Of a stretch of DNA of 60,345 bases, positions 1-10,022 are shown piece by piece (positions within the stretch are counted from its first letter, which is position 1; each line of letters starts with the position of its first letter). A program made the translations under genes and the position numbers. Source of the DNA: Lysobacterales bacterium RIFOXYA1_FULL_69_10 (lineage in GTDB: Bacteria; Pseudomonadota; Gammaproteobacteria; Xanthomonadales; Xanthomonadaceae); contig MIDV01000005.1 in NCBI GenBank assembly GCA_001830245.1, positions 444-60,788 on the forward strand, in the 5' to 3' direction. Under the pieces are notes generated by a model. It was not told the origin of the DNA, did no database searches, and saw nothing but the letters and a program-made list of their open reading frames with translations.

Positions 1-1236
1 TGCCTGGATGCGGGCATCGTCATCGCTTCCCGCACCGCGCGAGAACCATGCGGCCGGGTCCTGCTGCAGCACCCCCAACGCAAGGCCCGCGCCGAGCAGC
101 TCCGACTTCAGTCGCGCACGTTCGACGGCCGACGTCGCCTTGCGCGCCTCGCCCGCGATCCGTGCGACTTCCGCCAGCGCCTGCGGCGAATTGAGGTCGT
201 CGTCGAGTGCGGCGTCGATGGCGGCCGGGATCTCTGCCGATGCCTCCACGTCCGCGAGATCACGCAGGGTCCCGTACAGCCGGTCCAGCGTGCGCACGCT
301 CTGCTCGATCAGGCCGTCCGACCAGTCCAGCGGCTGGCGGTAGTGCGCCGACAGCAACGCGTAGCGCAGGGCTTCGGGTGGATGCGCGCGGACCAGGTCG
401 TGGACCTTTTCGATGTTGCCCAGCGACTTGCTCATCTTGGCGCCGCCGAAGTTGAGCATGCCGTTGTGCAGCCAGAAGCGGGCGAACGGCTTGCCGCCAT
501 GCGCACACTCGCTCTGTGCGATTTCGTTCTCGTGGTGCGGGAACTGCAGGTCCACGCCGCCGGCGTGGATGTCGATGGTCTCGCCCAGGTGCGCGGCGGC
601 CATGGCCGAGCACTCGATGTGCCAGCCCGGACGGCCGCGGCCCCACGGCGAGTCCCAGCCGGGCAGGTCGCTGGTGGACGGCTTCCACAGCACGAAGTCG
701 CCGGGGTCGCGCTTGTACGGCGCCACGTCCACGCGCGCGCCGGCCAGCATCTCGTCAGTGTCGCGGCGCGACAGCTTGCCGTAACCCTCGAAGCTGCCGA
801 CCGAGAACAGCACGTGCCCCTCGGCCGCGTAGGCGTGGCCGGATTCGATCAGGCGCTCGATCATCTCGATGATTGGCCCGATGTGGGCGGTGGCTTCGGG
901 CTCCAGGTCCGGCGGTGCCACGCCCAGCGCGGCCATGTCCTCGCGGTAGGCCTGCGCGAATCGCCCGGTGATGTCGCCGATCGGCACCCCGGCCTCGCGC
1001 GCGGCGGCGTTGATCTTGTCGTCGACGTCGGTGATGTTGCGCGCGTAGGCCAGCGCGCCGAAGCGCCGGCGCAGCAGGTCGGCCAGCACGCCGAACACCA
1101 CCGGCCCGCGCGCATTGCCGATGTGAACGTAGTTGTAGACGGTCGGGCCGCAGACATACATCGTCGTGCGCGCCGGGTCCGCCGGCTGGAACGGTTCGAC
1201 CCGGCGGGTCAGGCTGTTGAACAGGTGCAGGCTCAT
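1..1236 (-). CDS. cysS: Cysteinyl-tRNA synthetase (3' end runs off window)
   Basis: Manual translation from ATG 1236: [34 protein letters not shown]; also [19 protein letters not shown] and KMSKSLGN motifs. Absent from the ORF track because there is no stop in the window. Confidence 0.97.
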   Translation of the reverse strand, partial: MSLHLFNSLTRRVEPFQPADPARTTMYVCGPTVYNYVHIGNARGPVVFGVLADLLRRRFGALAYARNITDVDDKINAAAREAGVPIGDITGRFAQAYREDMAALGVAPPDLEPEATAHIGPIIEMIERLIESGHAYAAEGHVLFSVGSFEGYGKLSRRDTDEMLAGARVDVAPYKRDPGDFVLWKPSTSDLPGWDSPWGRGRPGWHIECSAMAAAHLGETIDIHAGGVDLQFPHHENEIAQSECAHGGKPFARFWLHNGMLNFGGAKMSKSLGNIEKVHDLVRAHPPEALRYALLSAHYRQPLDWSDGLIEQSVRTLDRLYGTLRDLADVEASAEIPAAIDAALDDDLNSPQALAEVARIAGEARKATSAVERARLKSELLGAGLALGVLQQDPAAWFSRGAGSDDDARIQA

Positions 1237-1370
1237 GGGCACGGCGGCGGCGGGACGGCCGGCCATTCTAGCCGCCGATGGCCCCGCGGCAGCCGCCATG
1301 ACAGGCAGGATTCAGTCCGCAAGCCCCTGTTGCACCTACAATTCCGGGACTTGCCCGAGCCACGAGCCCG

Positions 1371-1823
1371 ATGCGCCGCCTTCTCCTGACGACCACCCTG
1401 CTGATGCTTGCAGCCGCCGCGCCGTCGGTGGCCCAGCAGAACACCGTCATCCAGACCGAGAACGTGCGCTACGACTACGCGCACGTGCTGCGCGTGACCC
1501 CGGTCTACCAGACCCTCACCGCCACGCGGATGGAAGAGCAGTGCGACCAGTCGCCGCGTGCCGATGGCGGCGGCGATTCGCGCCTGTCGCGGGTGGTCGA
1601 TGCGGTGCGCGATGCGCTCGGACGCGAGCAGTCCGGCCCGGGCACCGATCCAGCGTGCCGGTCGGTGCCTGTCGAACGCGAGTTCCGCCGGCCGATCGCC
1701 TACGACGTGGATTACGCCTACAAGGGCGCCAAGTACCGCTCGCGCCTGCCCGACGACCCGGGCAACCGCCTGCGCATCCGGGTGTCGGTGACCCCGGCGA
1801 TCGCGGGCACCCCCGTCCAGTAA
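1371..1823 (+). CDS. Secreted hypothetical protein, YcfJ-like
   Basis: Signal peptide; YDYAHVLRVTPV and YDVDYAYKG..Y..RLPDDPG..LRIRVSVTP segments resemble YcfJ-type proteins. Confidence 0.7.
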   Translation: MRRLLLTTTLLMLAAAAPSVAQQNTVIQTENVRYDYAHVLRVTPVYQTLTATRMEEQCDQSPRADGGGDSRLSRVVDAVRDALGREQSGPGTDPACRSVPVEREFRRPIAYDVDYAYKGAKYRSRLPDDPGNRLRIRVSVTPAIAGTPVQ

Positions 1824-1840
1824 CCGGCCGGACCGACGGC

Positions 1841-1869
1841 TTGCGCGCCCTGCAGTCGCATGCGAGCAT
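1841..1869 (+). promoter_or_regulatory. Putative sigma70 promoter of arg leader
   Basis: TTGCGC (1841-1846), 17-nt spacer, TGn-GAGCAT (1864-1869); lies ~10 nt upstream of the leader ATG. Confidence 0.4.
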
Positions 1870-1879
1870 TCGCCCCCTC

Positions 1880-1984
1880 ATGACGCAGACCCGCGCCGAC
1901 GCCGACATCATCACCTCCGCCTGGATGGCGGCGGGCATGACCTCGCGCGCGCGCCGACCGTTGCCCCCCAACCTGGCTGGGTAA
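1880..1984 (+). CDS. Putative arg operon leader peptide (34 aa, MTQTRADADIITSAWMAAGMTSRARRPLPPNLAG)
   Basis: Short ORF with CGC-GCG-CGC-CGA Arg cluster (1946-1957) directly before alternative RNA stems and a terminator upstream of argF'. Confidence 0.65.
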   Translation: MTQTRADADIITSAWMAAGMTSRARRPLPPNLAG

Positions 1985-2014
1985 CGGCGCTCCACGCGTC
2001 CGCGTCGTACGACG

Positions 2015-2040
2015 AACCCGGCCTCCGCGCCGGGTTTTTT
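2015..2040 (+). terminator. Intrinsic terminator (attenuator) upstream of argF'
   Basis: AACCCGGC-ctccgc-GCCGGGTT stem with T6 run (2035-2040), 45 nt before the argF' ATG. Confidence 0.85.
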
Positions 2041-2084
2041 CGTTCCAGGGAAGCCCGGCCATCGCCCCCCACCGATGGATTCCC

Positions 2085-3137
2085 ATGACTTCCACCCCGC
2101 GGCTTGCGACACCCAGGCACTTCCTCAACACCCAGGACTGGTCGCGCGCCGACCTCGACGCCCTGCTGGCCGACGCGGCGCGCTTCAAGCGCGAGAAGTT
2201 CGGCGATGCACTGAAGGGTCGGTCCATCGCACTGGTGTTCTTCAACCCGTCCATGCGCACGCGCACCAGTTTCGAGCTCGGTGCATTCCAGCTGGGCGGG
2301 CATGCGGTGGTGCTGCAGCCGGGCAAGGACGCGTGGCCGATCGAGTTCGACCTGGGCACGGTGATGGACGGCGACACCGAAGAGCACATCGCCGAAGTGG
2401 CGCGCGTGCTGGGCCGGTACGTCGACCTGATCGGCGTGCGCGCGTTCCCGAAGTTCGTCGATTGGTCGATCGACCGCCAGGACCGCGTGCTGGAAAGCTT
2501 CGCGCGGTACTCGCCGGTGCCGGTGATCAACATGGAGACGATCACCCACCCCTGCCAGGAGCTGGCGCACGCGCTGGCGCTGCAGGAGCACTTCGGCACG
2601 ACCGATCTTCGCGGCAGGAAGTACGTCCTGACCTGGACGTACCACCCCAAGCCGCTCAACACCGCGGTGGCCAATTCCGCGCTCACCATCGCCACGCGTC
2701 TGGGCATGGACGTGACGCTGCTGTGCCCGACGCCGGAGTACGTGCTGGACGAGCGCTACATGGGCTGGGCCGAGGCCAATGTCGCCGAGAGCGGCGGCTC
2801 GCTGGCGGTCAGCCATGACATCGAAAGCGCCTATGCCGGGGCCGACGTGGTGTACGCCAAGAGCTGGGGCGCGCTGCCGTACTTCGGCAACTGGGCGCCG
2901 GAAAAGCCCATCCGCGACCGCTACACGCACTTCATCGTGGACGAGGCAAAGATGGCGCTGACCAACAACGCCGTCTTCAGCCATTGCCTGCCGCTGCGCC
3001 GCAACGTCAAGGCGACCGACGCGGTGATGGACTCGCCCAGCTGCATCGCCATCGACGAGGCCGAGAACCGGCTGCACGTGCAGAAGGCGGTGATGGCGCG
3101 GCTCGCTTCGCGCGCGGGAACGGGGAGTGGGGAATAG
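2085..3137 (+). CDS. argF: N-acetylornithine carbamoyltransferase (ArgF')
   Basis: FFNPSMRTRTSF (SMRT variant), HPCQ and HCLP motifs of Xanthomonas-type AOTCase. Confidence 0.95.
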   Translation: MTSTPRLATPRHFLNTQDWSRADLDALLADAARFKREKFGDALKGRSIALVFFNPSMRTRTSFELGAFQLGGHAVVLQPGKDAWPIEFDLGTVMDGDTEEHIAEVARVLGRYVDLIGVRAFPKFVDWSIDRQDRVLESFARYSPVPVINMETITHPCQELAHALALQEHFGTTDLRGRKYVLTWTYHPKPLNTAVANSALTIATRLGMDVTLLCPTPEYVLDERYMGWAEANVAESGGSLAVSHDIESAYAGADVVYAKSWGALPYFGNWAPEKPIRDRYTHFIVDEAKMALTNNAVFSHCLPLRRNVKATDAVMDSPSCIAIDEAENRLHVQKAVMARLASRAGTGSGE

Positions 3138-3246
3138 GGAATCGCTGCGCGCTCAGTTCAAGTCCATCCAACGAATTTTCAGGTAGCCCACCACAATGTC
3201 CACGACTGCCAATTCCCCAACCCCCCATTCCCCGACCGCCATTCCC
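3116..3246. repeat. GGGAATC-like heptamer tract plus inverted C-rich tract
   Basis: GGGAACG-GGGAGTG-GGGAATA-GGGAATC at 3116-3143; AATTCCC/CAACCCC/CATTCCC/CGACCGC/CATTCCC at 3211-3246. Confidence 0.7.
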
Positions 3247-4440
3247 TCCCGGGGCGACATCGTCCTGGCCTTCTCCGGCGGCCTCGACACCAGCTTCTGC
3301 GTCCCTTACCTGCAGGAGCGCGGATGGAACGTCCACACCGTGTTCGCCGACACCGGCGGCGTCGACGCCGATGAGCGTGCCTTCATCGAGGGCCGCGCCG
3401 CCGAACTGGGCGTGGCCTCGCACGTCACCGTCGACGGCGGCCCGGCGATCTGGGACGGCTTCGTCAAGCCGTTCGTGTGGGCGGGCGAGGGCTACCAGGG
3501 CCAGTACCCGCTGCTGGTGTCGGACCGCTACCTGATCGTCGAAGCCGCTCTCAAGCGCTGCGCCGAGCTGGGCACGCGTGCCATCGCCCACGGCTGCACC
3601 GGCATGGGCAACGACCAGGTGCGCTTCGACCTGGCGGTGAAGGCGCTGGGCGATTATGAGATCGTGGCGCCGATCCGCGAGATCCAGAAGGAGCACACCG
3701 AGGTCCGCGCGTACGAGCAGAAGTACCTCGAGGACCGGGGCTTCAGCGTACGCGCCAAGCAGCAGGCCTACACCATCAACGAGAACCTGCTGGGCCTGAC
3801 GATGTCGGGCGGGGAGATCGACCGCTGGCAGGCGCCGGGCGAGGGCGCTGTCGGTTGGTGCAAGCCGCGCGCCGAGTGGCCCGCCGAGCCGCTGCGCGTT
3901 CGCATCGGGTTCGAGAAGGGCGAGGCGGTGTCGCTGGACGGCGAGCGCATGGCCGGGCACGACCTGCTGGCACGGCTCAACGGACTGTTCGCCCGGTACG
4001 GCGTCGGCCGGGGCCTGTACACCGGTGATACCACCATCGGCCTGAAGGGCCGGATCATCTTCGAGGCACCGGGCCTGGCCGCGCTGCTGACCGCGCACCG
4101 CGCGCTGGAGGAGGCGGTGCTGAGCAAGCTGCAGAACCGCTTCAAGCCGGACGTGGCGCGCAAGTGGGTCGAGCTGGTCTACGAGGGCTTCTTCCACGAC
4201 CCGCTGAAGACCGACCTGGAGGCGTTCCTGGCGTCCAGCCAGGCCACCGTCAACGGCGAGGTGGTGCTGGAGACGCACGGCGGCAGCGTCGGCGCGGTGG
4301 CGATCGAGTCGCCCCACATCCTCAACGCCAAGGGCGCGACCTATGCGCAGGCGGCGGACTGGGGCGTGGCCGAGGCCGAGGGCTTCATCAAGCTGTTCGG
4401 GATGAGCAGCACGTTGTGGGCCGAGGTCAACCGCGGTTGA
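3196..4440 (+). CDS. argG: Argininosuccinate synthase
   Basis: [29 protein letters not shown] motifs. Confidence 0.97.
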   Translation: MSTTANSPTPHSPTAIPSRGDIVLAFSGGLDTSFCVPYLQERGWNVHTVFADTGGVDADERAFIEGRAAELGVASHVTVDGGPAIWDGFVKPFVWAGEGYQGQYPLLVSDRYLIVEAALKRCAELGTRAIAHGCTGMGNDQVRFDLAVKALGDYEIVAPIREIQKEHTEVRAYEQKYLEDRGFSVRAKQQAYTINENLLGLTMSGGEIDRWQAPGEGAVGWCKPRAEWPAEPLRVRIGFEKGEAVSLDGERMAGHDLLARLNGLFARYGVGRGLYTGDTTIGLKGRIIFEAPGLAALLTAHRALEEAVLSKLQNRFKPDVARKWVELVYEGFFHDPLKTDLEAFLASSQATVNGEVVLETHGGSVGAVAIESPHILNAKGATYAQAADWGVAEAEGFIKLFGMSSTLWAEVNRG

Positions 4441-4450
4441 CCTCGTCCTT

Positions 4451-4646
4451 GTAGGAGCGGCTTCAGCCGCGATGCGCATGCCACGGCATGGTGTGCATCA
4501 CGTCTGCGTCGTCCTCCAGACATTGCTCGGTGTAGGAGCGACGTGAGTCGCGATCACACGGTCGCACCGACCATCCGGTCGCGACTTACGTCGCTCCTAC
4601 AAATAACCGAACCACGAGAACCGTTCGCGGCTGAAGCCGCTCCCAC
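4451..4646. repeat. Nested GTAG-REP doublet (A> B> <B <A)
   Basis: A GTAGGAGCGGCTTCAGCCGCGA 4451-4472; B GTAGGAGCGACGTGAGTCGCGA 4532-4553; inverted B 4579-4600; inverted A 4625-4646. Confidence 0.92.
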
Positions 4647-4664
4647 AGGATCCCGGTTACCGAC

Positions 4665-5750
4665 ATGCTGTCCGAAACCCTCCGCCACCTCGAAGCACTC
4701 GTGTCGTTCGATACGCGCAATCCGCCGCGCACGATCGGCACGGGGGGCATGTTCGACTACCTGCGCGCACACCTGCCGGGCTTCCGCGTGGAGGTCACCG
4801 ACCACGGCGACGGCGCGGTGTCGATGCTGGCCGTGCGTGGCGCGCCCCGGCGCGTGTTCAACGTGCACCTGGACACCGTGCCCGACTCGCCGGCGTGGAC
4901 CGCCAGCCCGCACCGCCTGCGCGTCACCGCGGACCGGGCCATCGGCCTGGGCGCCTGCGACATCAAGGGTGCAGCGGCGGGCCTGCTGGCGGCGGCGGGA
5001 GAAACCACGGGCGATGCCGCGTTCCTGTTCTCCACCGACGAGGAGGCCAACGACGCGCGCTGCATCGCGGCGTTCCTCGCCAGCGACCACGGCTTCACCG
5101 AAGCGGTCGTGGCCGAGCCGACGAACTGCGAAGCCGTGCTGGCGCACCGCGGCATCAGCTCGGTGCTGATGCACTTCCGTGGCGTGGCCGGCCACGCATC
5201 CGGCGCCAACGCGATGCAGGCCAGTGCGTTGCACCAGGCCATGCGCTGGGGCAGCCGCGCGCTGGACCTGGTCGAGGCCGAGGCGCACCAGCGCTTCGGC
5301 GGGCTGACCGGGTTGCGCTTCAACATCGGCAAGGTCGAGGGCGGCATCAAAGCCAACATGATCGCGCCCAGCGCGCAGGTGCGCTTCGGCTTCCGGCCGC
5401 TGCCGTCGATGTCGATCGACACACTGCACGAACGCTTCGGCACGCTGGTCGAGCCAGGAGCGGTGGAGCGCTACGAGGAAACCTTCCGCGGCCCGTCGCT
5501 GCCGTCGGGCGACATCGCCACCGCCGAGGACCGTCGCCTTGAGGCGCGCGACCTGGCGGAGGCACTGGACCTGCCGATCGGCAATGCCGTGGACTTCTGG
5601 ACCGAGGCCTCGCTGTTCTCGGCCGCGGGCATGACCGCAATCGTCTATGGGCCCGGCGACATCGCCCAGGCGCACACCGCCGACGAGTGGGTGGCGCTGG
5701 AGCAGCTCGAACGCTACGCCCACTCGGTCAAGCGCATCCTCGCCACGTGA
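4665..5750 (+). CDS. argE: Acetylornithine/acetylcitrulline deacetylase (M20)
   Basis: HLDTVP, GACDIKG, DEE, EPT and AHTADE metal motifs; arg operon context. Confidence 0.93.
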   Translation: MLSETLRHLEALVSFDTRNPPRTIGTGGMFDYLRAHLPGFRVEVTDHGDGAVSMLAVRGAPRRVFNVHLDTVPDSPAWTASPHRLRVTADRAIGLGACDIKGAAAGLLAAAGETTGDAAFLFSTDEEANDARCIAAFLASDHGFTEAVVAEPTNCEAVLAHRGISSVLMHFRGVAGHASGANAMQASALHQAMRWGSRALDLVEAEAHQRFGGLTGLRFNIGKVEGGIKANMIAPSAQVRFGFRPLPSMSIDTLHERFGTLVEPGAVERYEETFRGPSLPSGDIATAEDRRLEARDLAEALDLPIGNAVDFWTEASLFSAAGMTAIVYGPGDIAQAHTADEWVALEQLERYAHSVKRILAT

Positions 5751-5753
5751 CCT

Positions 5754-5818
5754 GTAGGAGCGGCTCCAGCCGCGAATGCATTCCCCGCACCTTCGATCGC
5801 GGCTGAAGCCGCTCCTAC
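5754..5818. repeat. GTAG-REP family A inverted doublet
   Basis: Arms at 5754-5775 and 5797-5818. Confidence 0.9.
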
Positions 5819-5836
5819 AAGAAAGCAACGCAACGA

Positions 5837-7177
5837 ATGAACGCCACGCCCGCACCCCACGACCCGCAGACGCGCCAGACCATCGTCCGGCTGCTGTCTT
5901 CCATGGCCAGCGCCAAGGAGATCAGCCAGTACCTCAAGCGTTTCTCGCAGCTGGACGCGGCGCGCTTCGCCGTGGTCAAGGTCGGCGGCGCGGTGCTGCG
6001 CGACGACCTCGAAGCGCTGACCTCGTCCCTGGCGTTTTTGCAGGACGTCGGCCTGACGCCCATCGTGATCCACGGCGCCGGTCCGCAGCTGGACGCGGCG
6101 ATGGCGGACGCGGGGATCCAGAAGCGGACCGTCGACGGCCTGCGCGTGACCTCGCCCGAAGCATTGGCCGTGGTGCGCCGTGTCGCCCACGCCGAGAACC
6201 TGCGGCTGGTCGAGGCGTTGCAGGCGGCCGATGCGCGTGCGACTTCGATCGTCTCGGGGGTGTTCGAGGCCGAGTATGTCGACAGCGAACGGCTGGGCCT
6301 GGTCGGGCAGGTCGCACGGGTCGAACTGGCGCCCATCCAGGCCAGTCTGCAGGCCGGCTCAATCCCGGTGATCGCCAGCCTTGGCGAAACCGTCGGCGGC
6401 CAGATCCTCAACATCAACGCCGACTTCGCCGCCAACGAGCTGGTGCAGGTGCTGCAGCCCTACAAGATCGTGTTCCTCACCGGCACCGGCGGCCTGCTGG
6501 ATGGCGAGGGCCGGGTGATCGACTCGATCAACCTGTCCACCGAGTACGACCACCTGATGGCGCAGCCGTGGATCAACGGCGGCATGCGCGTGAAGATCGA
6601 GCAGGTCAAGCAGTTGCTGGACCGCCTGCCGCTGTCGTCCTCGGTCTCGATCACGCGACCCTCGGAGCTGGCCAAGGAGCTGTTCACCCACAAAGGCTCG
6701 GGCACGCTGGTGCGGCGCGGCGAGCGCGTGCTGCAGGCCGGCGACTGGGCGTCGCTGGACCTGCCGCGGCTCAAGTCGCTGATCGAGTCGGCGTTCGGCA
6801 AGGCATTGGCGCCGGACTACTTCGAGCGCACCGCGCTGCACCGCGCCTACGTCAGCGAGAACTACCGCGCCGCGGTAATCCTCACGCGCGAGGATGCGGG
6901 CATCTACCTGGACAAGTTCGCCGTGCTGGACGACGCGCAGGGCGAGGGCCTGGGCCGCGCGGTCTGGCAGATGATGCGCGAAGAGAACGACCGTTTGTTC
7001 TGGCGCTCGCGCCATGGCAACCCGGTCAACGCGTTCTATTACGCCGAGGCCTATGGCCACGTGCGCCAAGCGCGCTGGAACGCCTTCTGGATCGGGCTGG
7101 AGGATTTCGACGCGATCGAACGCTGCGTGGCGCACTGCCGCGACCGCGTGCCGACCCTGCTGGAGCCAGTGCAATGA
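5837..7177 (+). CDS. argB: Bifunctional N-acetylglutamate synthase/kinase (ArgA/B type)
   Basis: [14 protein letters not shown] and NINAD kinase motifs plus a C-terminal NAT domain (YLDKFAV..GEGLG..WRSR..NPVN.FY). Confidence 0.92.
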   Translation: MNATPAPHDPQTRQTIVRLLSSMASAKEISQYLKRFSQLDAARFAVVKVGGAVLRDDLEALTSSLAFLQDVGLTPIVIHGAGPQLDAAMADAGIQKRTVDGLRVTSPEALAVVRRVAHAENLRLVEALQAADARATSIVSGVFEAEYVDSERLGLVGQVARVELAPIQASLQAGSIPVIASLGETVGGQILNINADFAANELVQVLQPYKIVFLTGTGGLLDGEGRVIDSINLSTEYDHLMAQPWINGGMRVKIEQVKQLLDRLPLSSSVSITRPSELAKELFTHKGSGTLVRRGERVLQAGDWASLDLPRLKSLIESAFGKALAPDYFERTALHRAYVSENYRAAVILTREDAGIYLDKFAVLDDAQGEGLGRAVWQMMREENDRLFWRSRHGNPVNAFYYAEAYGHVRQARWNAFWIGLEDFDAIERCVAHCRDRVPTLLEPVQ

Positions 7178-8139
7178 GCGGCGATACGGCCATCAGCGTC
7201 GGCCTGGTCGGTGCACGTGGGTACGTGGGCGCCGAGCTGATCGCGCTGATCGACGCGCACCCGCGCTTCGAGCTGGCCTACGTGTCCTCGCGCGAGCGGG
7301 AGGGCCAGGCCGTCACCGACCACCACCCCGGTCACGGCGCCGGCCTTCACTACACGGCGCCCGCGCTGGAGGCGCTGCCGGCCCTGCAGGCCGAGGCCGT
7401 CGTGCTGGCGCTACCCAACGGACATGCAGCCAGGGCGACGGTGGCGTTCGATGCCAGCGCGGCGAACCCCGTCATCGTCGACCTGTCGGCGGACTACCGG
7501 TTCGACGACGCCTGGCACTACGGCCTGCCCGAGCTCACGCGGAGGGCCGGGCGGGGCGAGCGGCGCATCAGCAACCCCGGCTGTTACGCCACGGCGATGC
7601 AACTCGCCATCGCACCCATGCTCGACGTGCTGGACGGCCCGGTGCAGTGCTTCGGCGTGTCCGGCTGGTCCGGCGCGGGCACGTCGCCGTCCGACAAGAA
7701 CAACCCCGAACTGCTGCGCGACAACCTGATGCCGTACGCGCTGGCGGGCCACGTGCACGAGCGCGAAGTCACGCGCCATCTGGATCACCCGGTCGAGTTC
7801 ATGCCGCACGTGGCGCCGCACTTCCGCGGGCTGTCGATCACCGCCAACCTGCACCTGGCGCGTGCGTTCCGGATCGACGAAGTCCTGGAGCGGTACCTGG
7901 ACCGCTACGGCCGTGAGCCCCTGGTGCGTGTGCTCGAAGACGCGCCCTGGGTCAGCCGCATCGCCGGCCGGCACCATGTCGAGATCGGAGGTTTCACCCT
8001 CTCGGACGACGGTCGCCGCCTGGTCGTGGTGTCCACGCTCGACAACCTGCTCAAGGGTGCCGCCACGCAGGCGCTGCAGAACCTCAACCTCGCCTTCGGA
8101 CTGGACGAGTTCGAAGGAATTCCCCTCCCACCCCTGTAG
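7174..8139 (+). CDS. argC: N-acetyl-gamma-glutamyl-phosphate reductase
   Basis: [27 protein letters not shown]; ATGA overlap with argB; stop TAG lies inside a REP. Confidence 0.95.
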   Translation: MSGDTAISVGLVGARGYVGAELIALIDAHPRFELAYVSSREREGQAVTDHHPGHGAGLHYTAPALEALPALQAEAVVLALPNGHAARATVAFDASAANPVIVDLSADYRFDDAWHYGLPELTRRAGRGERRISNPGCYATAMQLAIAPMLDVLDGPVQCFGVSGWSGAGTSPSDKNNPELLRDNLMPYALAGHVHEREVTRHLDHPVEFMPHVAPHFRGLSITANLHLARAFRIDEVLERYLDRYGREPLVRVLEDAPWVSRIAGRHHVEIGGFTLSDDGRRLVVVSTLDNLLKGAATQALQNLNLAFGLDEFEGIPLPPL

Positions 8140-8201
8140 GAGCGGCTTCAGCCGCGATCATCGGTCTCCGAAGGAGCATTCGCGGCTGAAGCCGCTCCTA
8201 C
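8136..8201. repeat. GTAG-REP family A inverted doublet
   Basis: Arms at 8136-8157 and 8180-8201. Confidence 0.9.
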
Positions 8202-8221
8202 AGAGTCAACCAGGTACGCCC

Positions 8222-9514
8222 ATGACCGACCTCCTCTGGCAGAAACCCGGCGTCCGCGTCGACGAACGAATCCAGCAGTTCTGCGCCGGCGACGACGTGG
8301 TGCTGGACCGCGAGTTCTTCGTCTTCGACATCCAGGCCAGCCGGGCGCACGCGCAAGGGCTGCAGCGCATCGGCATCATCCCGGAGGATGAGCTTGCCGG
8401 GATCGAACGTGAACTCGATACGCTCGCCGGCGACTTCGCCGCGGGCCGCTTCGTGCTCGATGCGCGCTTCGAGGACGGCCACTCCGCGATCGAGGCACGT
8501 CTGGTCGAGCGGTTGGGCGATGCCGGGCGACGCATCCACACCGGCCGCAGCCGCAATGACCAGGTGCTGGTCGCCACGCGGCTGTGGCTGAAGGACCGGT
8601 TGGCACGGGTCCAGGCGCTGTGCCGCGAAGTCGCGGAGGTCGCGCTGGCGCGGGCGGATGCCGAGGCGATGCTGCCGTTGCCCGGGTACACCCACCTGCA
8701 GCGCGCCGTCGTGTCGTCATGCGGCATGTGGTGGGCGGCGTGGGCGGAGGGCTTCATCGACGACGCCGTGCGCGCCCGCGACACGCTGGCCTGGGTCGAT
8801 GCCAACCCGCTGGGCAGCGCGGCCGGCTACGGCGTCAACCTGCCGCTGGACCGCGACCACACCACGCAGGCGCTGGGCTTCGGTCGGATGCAGGTGGCCG
8901 CGACCTACGCGCAGCTCTCGCGCGGCAAGTTCGAGCTGGCGGCGATCGAGGCGCTGGGATCAGCAGTGCTCGACCTGCGCCGGCTGGCGTGGGACCTGAG
9001 CCTGTTCACCAGCGCCGAGTTCGGCTTCGTGGCATTGCCGGCGCAGTACACGACCGGCAGTTCGATCATGCCCAACAAGCGCAACCCGGACGTCATCGAA
9101 CTGATGCGCGCGAGCTATTCGGCCGTGGCCGCAGCGCGCACCGAGATCGAACAGCTGCTGTCGCTGCCCTCGGGCTACCACCGCGACCTGCAGTTTTCCA
9201 AGGGCGCGATCTTCCACGCCTTCGGCCGCGGCCTGTGCGCGCTTGAGCTGCTGCCCGACCTGCTGCGCAACCTGGAGTGGAAACCCGACGCGATGCGCGC
9301 CGCGCTGGACGCGTCGATGTATGCCACCGACCTCGCCGTGGACATGGCGCGGCAGGGCGTGCCGTTCCGCGATGCCTACGTGCAGGCGGCCGATCCCACC
9401 CGATGGGCGCAGGGGGATCCCGAGGCCAGCCTGGCCGCGCGCGTGTCCCCGGGCGCGGCGGGCGACCTGCAGTTGGACGTACTCCGCGCACGCCTCGCGC
9501 TGCTTTCGACGTGA
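8222..9514 (+). CDS. argH: Argininosuccinate lyase
   Basis: [29 protein letters not shown] motifs. Confidence 0.96.
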   Translation: MTDLLWQKPGVRVDERIQQFCAGDDVVLDREFFVFDIQASRAHAQGLQRIGIIPEDELAGIERELDTLAGDFAAGRFVLDARFEDGHSAIEARLVERLGDAGRRIHTGRSRNDQVLVATRLWLKDRLARVQALCREVAEVALARADAEAMLPLPGYTHLQRAVVSSCGMWWAAWAEGFIDDAVRARDTLAWVDANPLGSAAGYGVNLPLDRDHTTQALGFGRMQVAATYAQLSRGKFELAAIEALGSAVLDLRRLAWDLSLFTSAEFGFVALPAQYTTGSSIMPNKRNPDVIELMRASYSAVAAARTEIEQLLSLPSGYHRDLQFSKGAIFHAFGRGLCALELLPDLLRNLEWKPDAMRAALDASMYATDLAVDMARQGVPFRDAYVQAADPTRWAQGDPEASLAARVSPGAAGDLQLDVLRARLALLST

Positions 9515-9530
9515 CGCGGCCGCCTGTCCG

Positions 9531-10022
9531 TCAGGTCAATGCGGGTACCGGCTTCGGCATCGGCGCTTGCGTTGACAGTTCGGAGGACACCGAGATGTCG
9601 CTCAATCCGGCCTGGTCGTCCAGGCTCAGCGTGGCTACGCGCGCCGTGCGCAGGCGCTCGGCGAACGGGTGGGATGCACCGAGGGCATCGGCGATCTCCT
9701 GCGGAGCCGCGTCATCGATCTGCGAGCGACGCTCGCGGTTCTGGAAGCGGGCCCGGTTGATCTCCGCCCAGCCGATGAGCACCAGCGCGCACACGATAGC
9801 CAGCACTGGCAGGGTGAAGGCCAGGGTGCGGTCGAACCCCGCTTCCGGCAGCCACAGTTGCACGTAGCTCCCGCGCAATCCGAACCACCACAGAAGCAGG
9901 GTGATCACGGGCAGGACGAGATAGAAGTACACCGCCCAGGCCAGCAGGGTCAGCGTGCCGTAGAGGCCCCGCTGCACGTTGGACTGGTTCTGCGGGGAGT
10001 AGATCAGGACTTGGGCGTTCAT
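9531..10022 (-). CDS. pgaD: PNAG biosynthesis protein PgaD
   Basis: Two TM segments, W..INR.RF...ERR motif, ATGA overlap with pgaC. Confidence 0.85.
   Translation of the reverse strand: MNAQVLIYSPQNQSNVQRGLYGTLTLLAWAVYFYLVLPVITLLLWWFGLRGSYVQLWLPEAGFDRTLAFTLPVLAIVCALVLIGWAEINRARFQNRERRSQIDDAAPQEIADALGASHPFAERLRTARVATLSLDDQAGLSDISVSSELSTQAPMPKPVPALT

Noticed and set aside
1108-1127. HIGN instead of HIGH in CysRS
   Set aside because: Common class I synthetase variant.
5776-8139. Apparent long N-terminal fusions on argC, pgaB, hisD, hisC, liuE and the ammonia-lyase in the ORF track
   Set aside because: The extensions are off-frame readings of the upstream gene; true starts sit at or next to the upstream stop codons.
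2085-9514. argD and a separate argA missing from the arg operon
   Set aside because: Matches the known Xanthomonas acetylated pathway with bifunctional NAGS/K; argD is probably elsewhere in the genome.
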